Positions 9,724 through 19,400 of a stretch of DNA of 64,000 nucleotides are shown one piece after another (the stretch's first letter is position 1; every line of letters begins with the position of its first letter). A program made the translations under genes and the position numbers. The stretch comes from Planctomycetales bacterium (GTDB lineage Bacteria > Omnitrophota > Gorgyraeia > Zapsychrales > Zapsychraceae). The notes below the pieces were generated by a model. The model ran no database searches and was not told where the DNA came from. It saw only the letters and a program-made list of their open reading frames with translations. The stretch is from the NCBI GenBank assembly GCA_005239675.1, contig SBBO01000020.1:13627-77626 (forward strand). Reading direction: 5' to 3'.

Positions 9724-10480
9724 TGCCCGTGGTTCTTTCTGGGCGCTATGGAAGAAGCGGGGATTTCAGCATATCATCATCGTTATTTTGGTCATCAGCG
9801 CATTGGTCTTTACCGCCCAAAAGGCAGTGGAGGTCTTGTTTGAGTCGCCTTATTTCAGAATTAAAACGATTGAAATCGATCGGGCGCTATCTTTTATCGA
9901 TAAGCGCCATTTGAACGTTTTAAAGGGTAAGAGTGTTTTTACTGTTGACCTTAAACGGCTAGAGCAAGATCTGCGGACCCAATATCCTCAGATCTCCCAG
10001 ATCAAGATCATCAAGAAATTTCCCAGCAGGATTTTAATTGTGGCAAAAAAGCGTCTCGCCTTCGCGCAGGCCTCCATCCAAGCCGGGACCGTCCTTATCG
10101 ATGACCAGGGGGTCATCCTCTCGGTTGGGTCGCCTGTGGACAAGCAGTTGCCCTTAATCCTAGGTGTCACGCATCATAAGAGAATTACCCCTGGGGTATC
10201 TTTGGGGGGCGAAGACACCCTTGCCGCCTTGAACATTATCAAAGAATTTGAAGACAATAATACCCACCACCTTCCGTATCATTTGACTAAAGTAGATGTG
10301 GCCAATCGGTGGGACATTGTCTTTTATCTCTCCAATAATCTGAAGATCATTGTTGATAAAAATGATATTGGTCGGAAAATGGACCTATTGGCGTTGGTTT
10401 TATCCGAAAATCAGCTTACCAGAGAGAATGTAAAATATATAGATCTTAGATTCAAGGAGCCTATCCTGGGCACAAAATAG
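9689..10480 (+). CDS. ftsQ: cell division protein FtsQ/DivIB (POTRA domain)
   Basis: Basic N-terminus, one TM helix, then a POTRA-like region (FRIKTIEIDRA...). The ATG at 9689 overlaps the ddl 3' end. An upstream in-frame extension to 9557 would run through ddl. Confidence 0.7.
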   Translation: MIKKRRSNTFSNARGSFWALWKKRGFQHIIIVILVISALVFTAQKAVEVLFESPYFRIKTIEIDRALSFIDKRHLNVLKGKSVFTVDLKRLEQDLRTQYPQISQIKIIKKFPSRILIVAKKRLAFAQASIQAGTVLIDDQGVILSVGSPVDKQLPLILGVTHHKRITPGVSLGGEDTLAALNIIKEFEDNNTHHLPYHLTKVDVANRWDIVFYLSNNLKIIVDKNDIGRKMDLLALVLSENQLTRENVKYIDLRFKEPILGTK

Positions 10481-10495
10481 CTTAACAGAGATATC

Positions 10496-11788
10496 ATGGC
10501 CATTGTAAGAGAAAAATATTATTGCGGATTGGATGTGGGGAATAAGGAAATCAAGGTGGGAATCGTCAAGGTTAAGGATTCCTCTTGGTGGCCTAAGGCT
10601 CGCTTGTCTCAGGCGGTCCTTGGTCTAGGAGAGAGCGTCTTAGATCGAGAGATCGAGTTGTTAGGCAGTGACGGACATAAGACATTGGGTTTTTCCAATG
10701 GCGCCGTGAGCGATTTGGGTGAACTTGCTGATGGCATTCATGCCAGCGTTCAGACATTGTTGCGTAAGGTAAAGGTCAAACTTAAAGAAGTCTATCTAGG
10801 AGTCGGCTGTGATTTAGTTGAGGTGCGGGAGGCTGATGCCGTTATTCCGTTGGTAGATCGTTCTGCTAATAAGATCATTACGCATCGAGACATGAAGAAG
10901 GTGGTCGATCAAGCACGCGCCCTGAACATTCAGATAGATGAGGAAGTCCTTCATGATCTGCCGCAATATTACACTATCGATGGCGCTAATCGGGCCATGG
11001 ACCCCAGCGGTCTTTATGGTCGCAAACTTGGTGTGCATTCCTTGATCATACTTGCTAATGCCAATCGTGTGCGCAATATTGTCCGGGCGGTCCATCAGGC
11101 AGGCTATGATGTCCCTCATGTCTTTTTTAATAGCTATGCGGCCGGTGAGATCGCCCTTAACGCCAGTGAACGTGCCCAGGGGCGGATTATGATGGATATT
11201 GGGTCTCAGGTGACGGATCTTCTTATTTTTAAAGACGATACACTCAAAGGTTTTAAGAAGATTCCCATGGGTGGTGATCATTTTACGCAGAGTATTGCCC
11301 AGCAGTTAAATCTATCATTTGATCTCGCTGAAGAAATCAAGAAGTCGCATGCCTCGACCTTATCGACCGACAGGACCCACGATGAAGAGATTCTTGTTAA
11401 AAAAGAGAGCGCTTATAGGCCCGTCAGACACAAAGATATTTGTAGTTCTATGGAGCCACAGGTCCAGCGTTTTTTGGAGTATGTTCGAGAGGCCTTGGCT
11501 GGCATGGAGACACTGGATTGCCCAGACATCATCATGATTGGCGGGGGGGCATTATTGACTGGCCTCATTGAGCGCATTGGTCAGGCCGTGAACCGACCTG
11601 CGCGACTTGCTTCGATGAATATTCACTGCGCCACCGGTGCAATGAATACGGCTGTCTTTTCCGCCGTTGTTGGATTGGCCAAAAAGGGGTTTAAGCAGGG
11701 CGTGCGGTATGCCATAAGATCATCCAGCGACAACTGGACTAAGAACATCAGCAACCGACTGCAGGAGCTGTACTACGAATATTTCTAA
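10496..11788 (+). CDS. ftsA: cell division protein FtsA (actin-like ATPase)
   Basis: 430 aa with an actin/HSP70-like fold (GLDVGNKEIKVGIV ... IIMIGGGALLTGL). Its position after ftsQ supports the call. Confidence 0.8.
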   Translation: MAIVREKYYCGLDVGNKEIKVGIVKVKDSSWWPKARLSQAVLGLGESVLDREIELLGSDGHKTLGFSNGAVSDLGELADGIHASVQTLLRKVKVKLKEVYLGVGCDLVEVREADAVIPLVDRSANKIITHRDMKKVVDQARALNIQIDEEVLHDLPQYYTIDGANRAMDPSGLYGRKLGVHSLIILANANRVRNIVRAVHQAGYDVPHVFFNSYAAGEIALNASERAQGRIMMDIGSQVTDLLIFKDDTLKGFKKIPMGGDHFTQSIAQQLNLSFDLAEEIKKSHASTLSTDRTHDEEILVKKESAYRPVRHKDICSSMEPQVQRFLEYVREALAGMETLDCPDIIMIGGGALLTGLIERIGQAVNRPARLASMNIHCATGAMNTAVFSAVVGLAKKGFKQGVRYAIRSSSDNWTKNISNRLQELYYEYF

Positions 11789-11830
11789 GCGAGCAGTATA
11801 AAAGACCAAGTAATTGCGAAAAGGGGGAGT

Positions 11831-12181
11831 TTATTTATTTTTGTGAGACAGGCGGTTTAAGTGGTAGCTGATATCCTTGAGCAGGCTGTTGATGCGCTGG
11901 GTGGTGCTAAGAACAAACAGTATCCAAAAACAATTTAAAATGGCAAGGAAGGCCAGGATCATGATGTTGAGCGACTGCGCGGTCATAATCCGCTCCAGGA
12001 TGGGTGAATCGTTGGAGACCTGGTAGTTCACATCGACCACCTTAAACATATTCACGAACCAAACGAGGAAAATCACGACCAGGACAATTTGGAAGAACGT
12101 GAAGTAGAAATGGCGCATGAGCCATTTGGCCGTGATGTTGTCCCAATAGCGAATTTTGGAAATAAAATTTTGGTAGAACAT
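11831..12181 (-). CDS. hypothetical small membrane protein (2-3 TM helices)
   Basis: 116-aa ORF convergent on ftsA. It has hydrophobic helices (FYFTFFQIVLVVIFLVWFV, LNIMILAFLAILNCFWILFVL). I recognise no family. Confidence 0.4.
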   Translation of the reverse strand: MFYQNFISKIRYWDNITAKWLMRHFYFTFFQIVLVVIFLVWFVNMFKVVDVNYQVSNDSPILERIMTAQSLNIMILAFLAILNCFWILFVLSTTQRINSLLKDISYHLNRLSHKNK

Positions 12182-12257
12182 ATACCCTCCATTCTCATTG
12201 TAATGGGAGCCCAGTTAAAAGCAATAGCAATTATGTGTTTTTAGGACAATAATACTA

Positions 12258-13115
12258 TTGATCCGGTGGCGATGCAAAAGTAGGTTAGGGTGTTGTTTAT
12301 TCATCGGCTGGATGATCGCTACTCATCTCCTCTTGGCTTATGCTGCTCCCCATAAGACAAGGCCTTGGCGGATTTATTTCGTAGACGTGCGATATGGCGA
12401 TGCGATCTTTATGGAACTTCCCTTTCTGGCAGGGGGTCTATTGCTTGACGCCGGCAGCGCCAAACATGCCTCTCGTTTGATCGCCTTTCTGAAGGCAAAA
12501 GACATCCATAACATCCATACGGCTATCATCACCCATCCTCATGAAAATCATTTTGGAGGACTTCGAGAAGTCGCCCTCCAGATGCCGATCGGTCGTCTAT
12601 TGCATAATGGCGACTCCAATGCTCAGGAAGGATACGCCTCGCTTTTGAACGATCTCCAGCATAAGAAAATTCCTACCGCTATTTTAAGACGCACACAAAG
12701 CATCAAAGACCTTAGCATTGTTACACTAGACGTTTTAAATCCGCCCGATCTATCTGGAAGTCCAAATGATGACGCGATCGTGTTGTGGATAAAGTATGGG
12801 AAGACATCTGTCCTTTTTTTGTCCGATGTCGGGATGCAGCGGCAAAAGGAGTTGTTAAGGCTATTTCCAGAAATCCGGCAGGCGGACTGCGTTCAGATTC
12901 CTCACCATGGTGGGCCCTTAAGCGATGAGTTCATCGAGGCCTTTCAAGGGAAAATATTTATTGTATCCACCGGCCCCAACCCTTGGGGAACCCCGCATGA
13001 AGAGAGATTGGAGCAGTTGGGTGGTACCATTTATCGTACCGATCGTGATGGGACCGTTATGATAGAAAGTAATGGTCATAGCCTGAAAGTCTCACCATGG
13101 ACCGCCAACAATTGA
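12258..13115 (+). CDS. secreted MBL-fold metallo-hydrolase (ComEC C-terminal lactamase-B-like domain)
   Basis: ITHPHENHFGG matches the HxHxDH-type metal-binding motif, and the overall layout is ComEC/Rec2 MBL-domain-like. Signal-peptide-like N-terminus. Start unresolved between TTG 12258 and in-frame ATG 12312. Confidence 0.65.
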   Translation: MIRWRCKSRLGCCLFIGWMIATHLLLAYAAPHKTRPWRIYFVDVRYGDAIFMELPFLAGGLLLDAGSAKHASRLIAFLKAKDIHNIHTAIITHPHENHFGGLREVALQMPIGRLLHNGDSNAQEGYASLLNDLQHKKIPTAILRRTQSIKDLSIVTLDVLNPPDLSGSPNDDAIVLWIKYGKTSVLFLSDVGMQRQKELLRLFPEIRQADCVQIPHHGGPLSDEFIEAFQGKIFIVSTGPNPWGTPHEERLEQLGGTIYRTDRDGTVMIESNGHSLKVSPWTANN

Positions 13116-13753
13116 GAGTACGATACTGGGCACAGGCAATCGGGTGGGTCGCCCTCATTTATTCCACCCTGTATAGTGTGCGGCCCCTATGTGAGTTTTT
13201 GAAGAAGACAACACCGTTTGTGCAGGTGGTAAATGTCGGGCTCATTGTTCTTCTGGCGGGTATCTTGACGGTTCTCTGGCGCCGGCGCCAGAGAATTTTA
13301 CAAATTCACCACTATGTTTTATTGATTCTTGTGATATCCTGTTATGCGTATGGGCTGGGGAGCCTCACCGTACCTGAGGAAAAAATTCATTTTGTCGAAT
13401 ATGGATTTTTGGCCTATTTAATCTTTCGGGCCCTGCGCGTGGATTTCCCCGCTGGCAGGATAACTTCATCTTTAAATGATGGATCTCCATCTCAAGACGA
13501 GGGCCTCCGGTCGGGATTGCGTCCCGCGGGCTTGCGGTCTTGGACCCTTCGGAGGACACCACACGTTTATGTTACTGCCTTTTTGCTGACAATATTTTTT
13601 GGTTGGATAGACGAATGCATTCAAGCCATTGTGCCAAACCGTTATTATCAGACCTGCGATGTCCTGTTGAATGCCGTAAGCGGCCTCTTGGGACTAGCAT
13701 TGGTTTATATTTTTGAATTGACGCAAATAAATCAGGACAAGATGTATGTTTAA
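13097..13753 (+). CDS. VanZ-like family membrane protein
   Basis: Four TM segments with the conserved EEKIHFVEYGFLAYL and DE.IQ..VPNR..D..D...N motifs typical of VanZ. It overlaps the upstream gene by 19 nt. It carries a low-complexity S/G/R/P-rich insert (SSLNDGSPSQDEGLRSGLRPAGLRS). Confidence 0.65.
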   Translation: MDRQQLRVRYWAQAIGWVALIYSTLYSVRPLCEFLKKTTPFVQVVNVGLIVLLAGILTVLWRRRQRILQIHHYVLLILVISCYAYGLGSLTVPEEKIHFVEYGFLAYLIFRALRVDFPAGRITSSLNDGSPSQDEGLRSGLRPAGLRSWTLRRTPHVYVTAFLLTIFFGWIDECIQAIVPNRYYQTCDVLLNAVSGLLGLALVYIFELTQINQDKMYV

Positions 13754-14906
13754 AACGGATTACCGCAAGGACTTTGCGTCGTTTGAAGGAAGGATATGGC
13801 TCAATGCTGCGAGCGAAGGCCCGCTGCCGCTCGTTGCTGGCAAGGCCCTGGCTAAGGCAGTCGAATGGAAACAGAAACCCTACCTTCTGGATGCTGCAAA
13901 ATTTGTTATGGCATCAAGCGGTCTCAAGGGCAGTATCGGCCGGTTGATGGCAACCAATGAGGGCGACGTGATCCTAGGCAACAGCGCCAGTTACGGACTA
14001 CATATCTTGGCTAACGGCATTTTATGGAGAGAGGGTGATGAAATACTTCTGATGGAAAATGATTTCCCCACCAATATCCTGCCCTGGCTTGCCCTGGAGA
14101 AAAAAGGAGTGGTCGTGCGTCAGATCAAGCCCAAAGGCAAGGTACTCGAGCCTGAGGAAGTCTTGACGCACCTTAGCCCCAAGACAAGGTTGTTGTGCTT
14201 GTCTCACGTGCATACCTTTACCGGTATCATGCTCGATGTGCAGGAATTTGGCCGCATCTGCCGTAAGAACAATATTATCTTTGTCCTGAACCTTTCCCAA
14301 TCACTAGGGACAATGCCTTGTGATATTGCACGCTACAATACCGATGCCGTTGTGTGTGCTGGTTACAAATGGCTTTGTGGACCCTACGGCACGGGATTTT
14401 GTTGGATCAAGCCGTCGCTACGTGATCAGCTTGAATTAAACCAGGCTTATTGGGTTTCTATGCTCTCCCGCAAGGAGCTTCAAGAACAGGGTCCCTTAAG
14501 ACTCAAGGAGACTAAAGACGCTCGCCGATTTGATGTCTTTGGTACAGCGGATTTTTTTGACCATATACCGCTGGGGGCAGCCATTGACTACTGGTTGGAT
14601 GCTGGTCTGGAAGATGTGCGCGCCTACCACGACCAGCTGATTGACCATCTGATTGCAGGGTTAAAGGGTTTGGGTTATATCCTGATTAGTCCTGAGAAAG
14701 GCAATAGGCGTTCGAGTCTGGTTGTCTTCTCGCACATTGACCGTAACAAAAATACGCAGATCTATGAGGGAATTTTATCGCGGGGTATCTATCCCGCTTT
14801 ATGGAAAGGTAATATCCGCATCTCCCCACACGTTTATAATACCAAAGATGAGATCGACCAGGTCATCAAGGTGCTCAAGGAGATATCCTCCTCTCTGGGT
14901 AATTGA
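13746..14906 (+). CDS. class-V aminotransferase-fold PLP-dependent enzyme (cysteine-desulfurase / IPN-epimerase-like)
   Basis: 386 aa. AGYKWLCGPYGTGF carries the PLP lysine. The start overlaps the VanZ stop (ATGTATGTTTAA). Confidence 0.7.
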   Translation: MFKTDYRKDFASFEGRIWLNAASEGPLPLVAGKALAKAVEWKQKPYLLDAAKFVMASSGLKGSIGRLMATNEGDVILGNSASYGLHILANGILWREGDEILLMENDFPTNILPWLALEKKGVVVRQIKPKGKVLEPEEVLTHLSPKTRLLCLSHVHTFTGIMLDVQEFGRICRKNNIIFVLNLSQSLGTMPCDIARYNTDAVVCAGYKWLCGPYGTGFCWIKPSLRDQLELNQAYWVSMLSRKELQEQGPLRLKETKDARRFDVFGTADFFDHIPLGAAIDYWLDAGLEDVRAYHDQLIDHLIAGLKGLGYILISPEKGNRRSSLVVFSHIDRNKNTQIYEGILSRGIYPALWKGNIRISPHVYNTKDEIDQVIKVLKEISSSLGN

Positions 14907-14941
14907 CAACCTATTTCGATTAAGTTAGAATCAAATATACG

Positions 14942-16348
14942 ATGTCCAAGACAATGTACGAAAAAATTTGGGAGGCCCACGAGGTGCGAGCGTCGCATGG
15001 GGACACGGCCATCATGTATGTGGACCGTCATCTCATCCACGAGGTAACGAGTCCGCAGGCCTTTGAAGCCCTCAGGACAACCGCAAGGGGTGTGGCTCAC
15101 CCGGAAAAGACATTTGCCACGGTAGATCATAATGTCTCGACACGTACCAAGGACTGGTCGCTGGTAGAGAAGACATCCCGTATCCAGATGGAAACCCTAG
15201 AAAAGAATTGTCGGCAGTTTGGTGTCAGGTTGTATAATTTTTCTGATGAGAAACAGGGTATTGTCCACGCCATTGGCCCGGAATTAGGGATCACTCAGCC
15301 GGGCATGACCATCGTTTGCGGTGATTCCCATACCTCAACTCATGGGGCCTTTGGGGCCTTGGCCTTTGGCATTGGCACATCCGAGGTTGAACATGTCCTG
15401 GCAACTCAGACGTTGCAGCAAAATAAGGCCAAGACCATGCTCATTGAAATCGACGGGACGTTGCAGCCAGGGGTCACCTCCAAAGATATTATCCTTGCGA
15501 TTATTGGAAAGATTGGTACCAGCGGCGCGACGGGTTATGTGGTGGAATATGCAGGAAGCGCGATCCGCGATCTTTCTCTGGAAGGCCGTATGACCATCTG
15601 CAACATGAGTATCGAGGCAGGGGCCCGCGCGGGGATGATTGCCCCTGATGAAAAGACCTTTGCCTATCTGAAAGGCCGCGAATATGCCCCGAAAGGTGCG
15701 TTGTGGGAACGGGCGCTCTCTTACTGGAAGAGCCTGCCTAGTGACGCAGGGGTCAAGTTTGACGCGGTCGTTTCGCTTGACGCCAATACCTTGAAGCCCC
15801 AAGTTACCTGGGGCACGAGTCCCGGACAAGTGGCGTCTATTGAAGACACAGTTCCTGACCCAGATAGTTTTAGCGATCCCGTGGCGCGTGCGGCCGCCCG
15901 GCATGCCCTGCACTACATGGATTTAGAACCCGGGACGTTGATGACAGCTATCAAAATTGACAAAGTCTTCTTGGGCTCTTGTACCAATGGTCGTATCGAG
16001 GATCTGCGCGATGCGGCGCGGGTGGTCAAGGGAAGAAAGGTCCATAAAGGTATTCAGGTCATTGTTGTCCCTGCCTCGGAGAGAATCCGCCGCCAGGCTG
16101 AACAGGAAGGGCTGGACAAGATTTTTAAAGATGCCGGATTCGAGTGGCGCTATGCGGGTTGCTCAATGTGTTTGGGGATGAATGACGATCAGCTTAAATC
16201 TGGCGAGCGCTGCGCCTCTTCCAGTAACCGCAACTTCGAAGGCCGCCAGGGCCCGGGCGGTCGCACACACCTAATGAGTCCCATCATGGCCGCCGCCGCC
16301 GCAATTGAAGGGAAATTGACGGACGTTAGGAAATATTATCCACTATAG
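14942..16348 (+). CDS. leuC: 3-isopropylmalate dehydratase large subunit
   Basis: 468 aa of the aconitase family ([11 protein letters not shown]...[14 protein letters not shown]...[11 protein letters not shown]...CSMCLGMN...[12 protein letters not shown]). Confidence 0.88.
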   Translation: MSKTMYEKIWEAHEVRASHGDTAIMYVDRHLIHEVTSPQAFEALRTTARGVAHPEKTFATVDHNVSTRTKDWSLVEKTSRIQMETLEKNCRQFGVRLYNFSDEKQGIVHAIGPELGITQPGMTIVCGDSHTSTHGAFGALAFGIGTSEVEHVLATQTLQQNKAKTMLIEIDGTLQPGVTSKDIILAIIGKIGTSGATGYVVEYAGSAIRDLSLEGRMTICNMSIEAGARAGMIAPDEKTFAYLKGREYAPKGALWERALSYWKSLPSDAGVKFDAVVSLDANTLKPQVTWGTSPGQVASIEDTVPDPDSFSDPVARAAARHALHYMDLEPGTLMTAIKIDKVFLGSCTNGRIEDLRDAARVVKGRKVHKGIQVIVVPASERIRRQAEQEGLDKIFKDAGFEWRYAGCSMCLGMNDDQLKSGERCASSSNRNFEGRQGPGGRTHLMSPIMAAAAAIEGKLTDVRKYYPL

Positions 16349-16423
16349 TTACGGCGGATCTACGGCAGAATCTACAAGATTTTAGATTGAATTTTTATTG
16401 AAAGTGGGTACAATGAGAACGCT

Positions 16424-19400
16424 ATGAAGCTCGAGCAACGTGAACCATTTATGTCTAAAAAAGGATTATACGACCCGCGCTTTGAGCATGATGCCTGTGG
16501 GGTGGGGTTTGTGGCTCATCTGAAGGGACAAAAATCCCACGCCATCATCCGCAACGGAATTCAGGTCCTGGAGAATCTGACCCACCGCGGGGCCTGTGGT
16601 TGCGACCCGGAAACAGGCGATGGTGCTGGGATCACCATCCAGATGCCAGATGCGTTTTTGCGTAAAAAGTGCAAGGAACTGCATATTGACTTACCACCAG
16701 CAGGTGATTATGGTGCTGGAATGGTGTTTTTGCCGACCAGCCTCCAAGATTGTAATACCATCGAGGAATGGACCGAACACATCATCCATGAGGAGGGCCA
16801 GAAATTTTTAGGATGGCGCGCCGTGCCTCATGATCCAACTAAGATAGGTAAGATCGCCCGGTCGGTCATGCCTAGTTTTAAACAGCTATTCATCGGGCGC
16901 GGGAAACATATACCATCCGGTGACGCCTTTGAGCGCAAGCTTTACGTGATCCGCCAGCGCCTCTACAATACCGTCCAGGCCTCTGTCCTTAATCAACGGA
17001 GTTTTTATTATTTTTGCAGCCTTTCTAGCAAGACGCTTGTGTACAAAGGTCAATTGATGGCCGAACAGCTGGATCGTTTTTATTCAGATTTAGGTGATGT
17101 CGATATGACGTCGGCCTTGGCCATGGTGCATTCGCGGTACAGCACCAACACATTCCCGACATGGGCACTCGCCCATCCATACCGCATGCTTGCGCATAAT
17201 GGCGAGATCAACACGCTGCGCGGCAACATCAATTGGATGCATGCGCGAGAAAGGCAGTTCGCCAGCGAGGCCTTTGGCTGCGACCTTAAAAAGATTTTGC
17301 CCATCGTTATCCCGCATGGCAGCGATTCGGCAACCTTTGACAATGTCTTTGAGATGCTCGTCCTTGCGGGTCGGTCGCCGGCGCATACCATTATGATGAT
17401 GATCCCCGAGGCCTGGAACGGCCACGAAAGCATGTCCCAGGAGAAAAAGGATTTTTATAAATATCATTCCTGCCTGATGGAGCCCTGGGACGGCCCGGCC
17501 TCGATGACATTTACCGATGGGCGTTATATCGGCGCGGTCCTGGATCGCAATGGCCTGCGGCCCTCGCGCTATTGGTTGACCAAGGATGATTTGGTGATTA
17601 TGGCCTCTGAGACAGGGGTGCTTCCTGTGGCAGCAGACAAGATCCTGAAAAAATGGCGCCTGCAGCCGGGCAAGATATTTTTGATTGATACCCACGATGG
17701 TCGGATTATCGATGATGAAGAAATTAAGCATGACTACGCCACCCGTCAGCCTTACGGCCGGTGGCTTAAAGAAAATCTTGTCTTGCTTGAGGATCTGCCA
17801 GAACCCAAGAAAGTGCATGGATTGAATGTAAAGACCTTGCTCGAGCGTCAGAAGGTTTTCGGATACACCTTGGAAGATTTAAAGATTATCTTACAGCCGA
17901 TGGCAGTGACAGGGCTGGAGGCAACCGGCTCGATGGGGACGGACACGCCGCTGGCCGTCCTTTCAGCGCGGCCGCAGTCCTTGTTTAATTATTTTAAGCA
18001 ACTCTTTGCCCAGGTCACTAATCCACCGATCGATTCTATTCGCGAAGAGGTAATCATGGATGAGTCTGTAATACTGGGCAGCGAAGCAAATCTCTTGGAC
18101 GAAACACCAGCGCATTGCCATCGCCTGTACCTTGACCGGCCTATTTTAACCAATAAAGAGCTGGAGAAAATCCGTCACGTGAATATCGGCAGTCTTAAGG
18201 CCGCGACATTGTCGATTGTCTTTGATGCAGCCCTTGGACCTCAAGGCCTGGAGCCAGCCATGGAGGCATTGTTTCATCAAGCCGATGAGGCGATCGCCAA
18301 AGGGTATACAATCTTGATTTTATCTGACCGCGATGTGGATCAAGAGAACGTCCCTATCCCATCTCTTTTGGCCTGTTCGGGGCTACACCATCATTTGATC
18401 CGGCGCGGTACCCGCACGAAGGTAGGCCTTGTCTTGGAGACGGGGGAGGCCCGCGAGATGCATCATTTTGCTGTGCTTATCGGCTATGGGGCCAATGCCA
18501 TCAATCCCTATCTCGCCTTTGAGACCATTGAATATGAAATCCGCGATAGGGTTTACCCGGAAGACCTCGACAGCGAACATGCGCATAAGAATTTCATGAA
18601 GGCGACCCGCAAAGGGCTTTTTAAGATTATCTCCAAGATGGGGATTTCCACTATCCAATCGTATTGCGGGGCACAGATCTTTGAGGCCGTGGGGCTTGGC
18701 GAAGAATTAGTTGAAAAGTATTTTACGGCAACCCCATCGCGCATCGGCGGTATCGCCATCGAGACCATAGCTAAGGAGGCGATCCATCGACATAATACCG
18801 CGTATCCAGAGGGAGGCATCTATAGCCCCATGCTTGAAGAGGGCGGTGATTACTATTGGCGTAAAGATGGCGAGCACCATCAGCTTAACCCTGAGACGAT
18901 TGCCATGCTCCAACATGCGGTGCGTAGCAATAAATACGATCTCTATCAACGGTTTGCCAAACTGATCAACAACCACGAAACGAATCTGGCCACGATCCGT
19001 GGACTTTTGGCCTTTAAGAAAGGAGATCCGATTCCCTTAGACCAGGTGGAACCGGCCTCCATGATTGTCAAACGTTTTGCGACCGGTGCCATGAGTTATG
19101 GCTCGATCTCTAAAGAGGCGCATGAGACACTAGCTATTGCCATGAATCGCATGGGGGGATTTTCCAATACGGGCGAAGGAGGAGAGGATGCAGAACGGTA
19201 TCAAAAGGATCCCAACGGCGACTGGCGACGCAGCCGTATCAAGCAGGTCGCGCAGGGCCGTTTTGGGGTGACGATTGAATATCTGGTTAATTCTGACCAG
19301 ATGCAGATCAAGATGGCGCAAGGGGCCAAGCCCGGCGAAGGGGGACAGCTCCCTGGACACAAGGTCAGCCGAGAAATTGCCACCACCCGCCATACGACCC

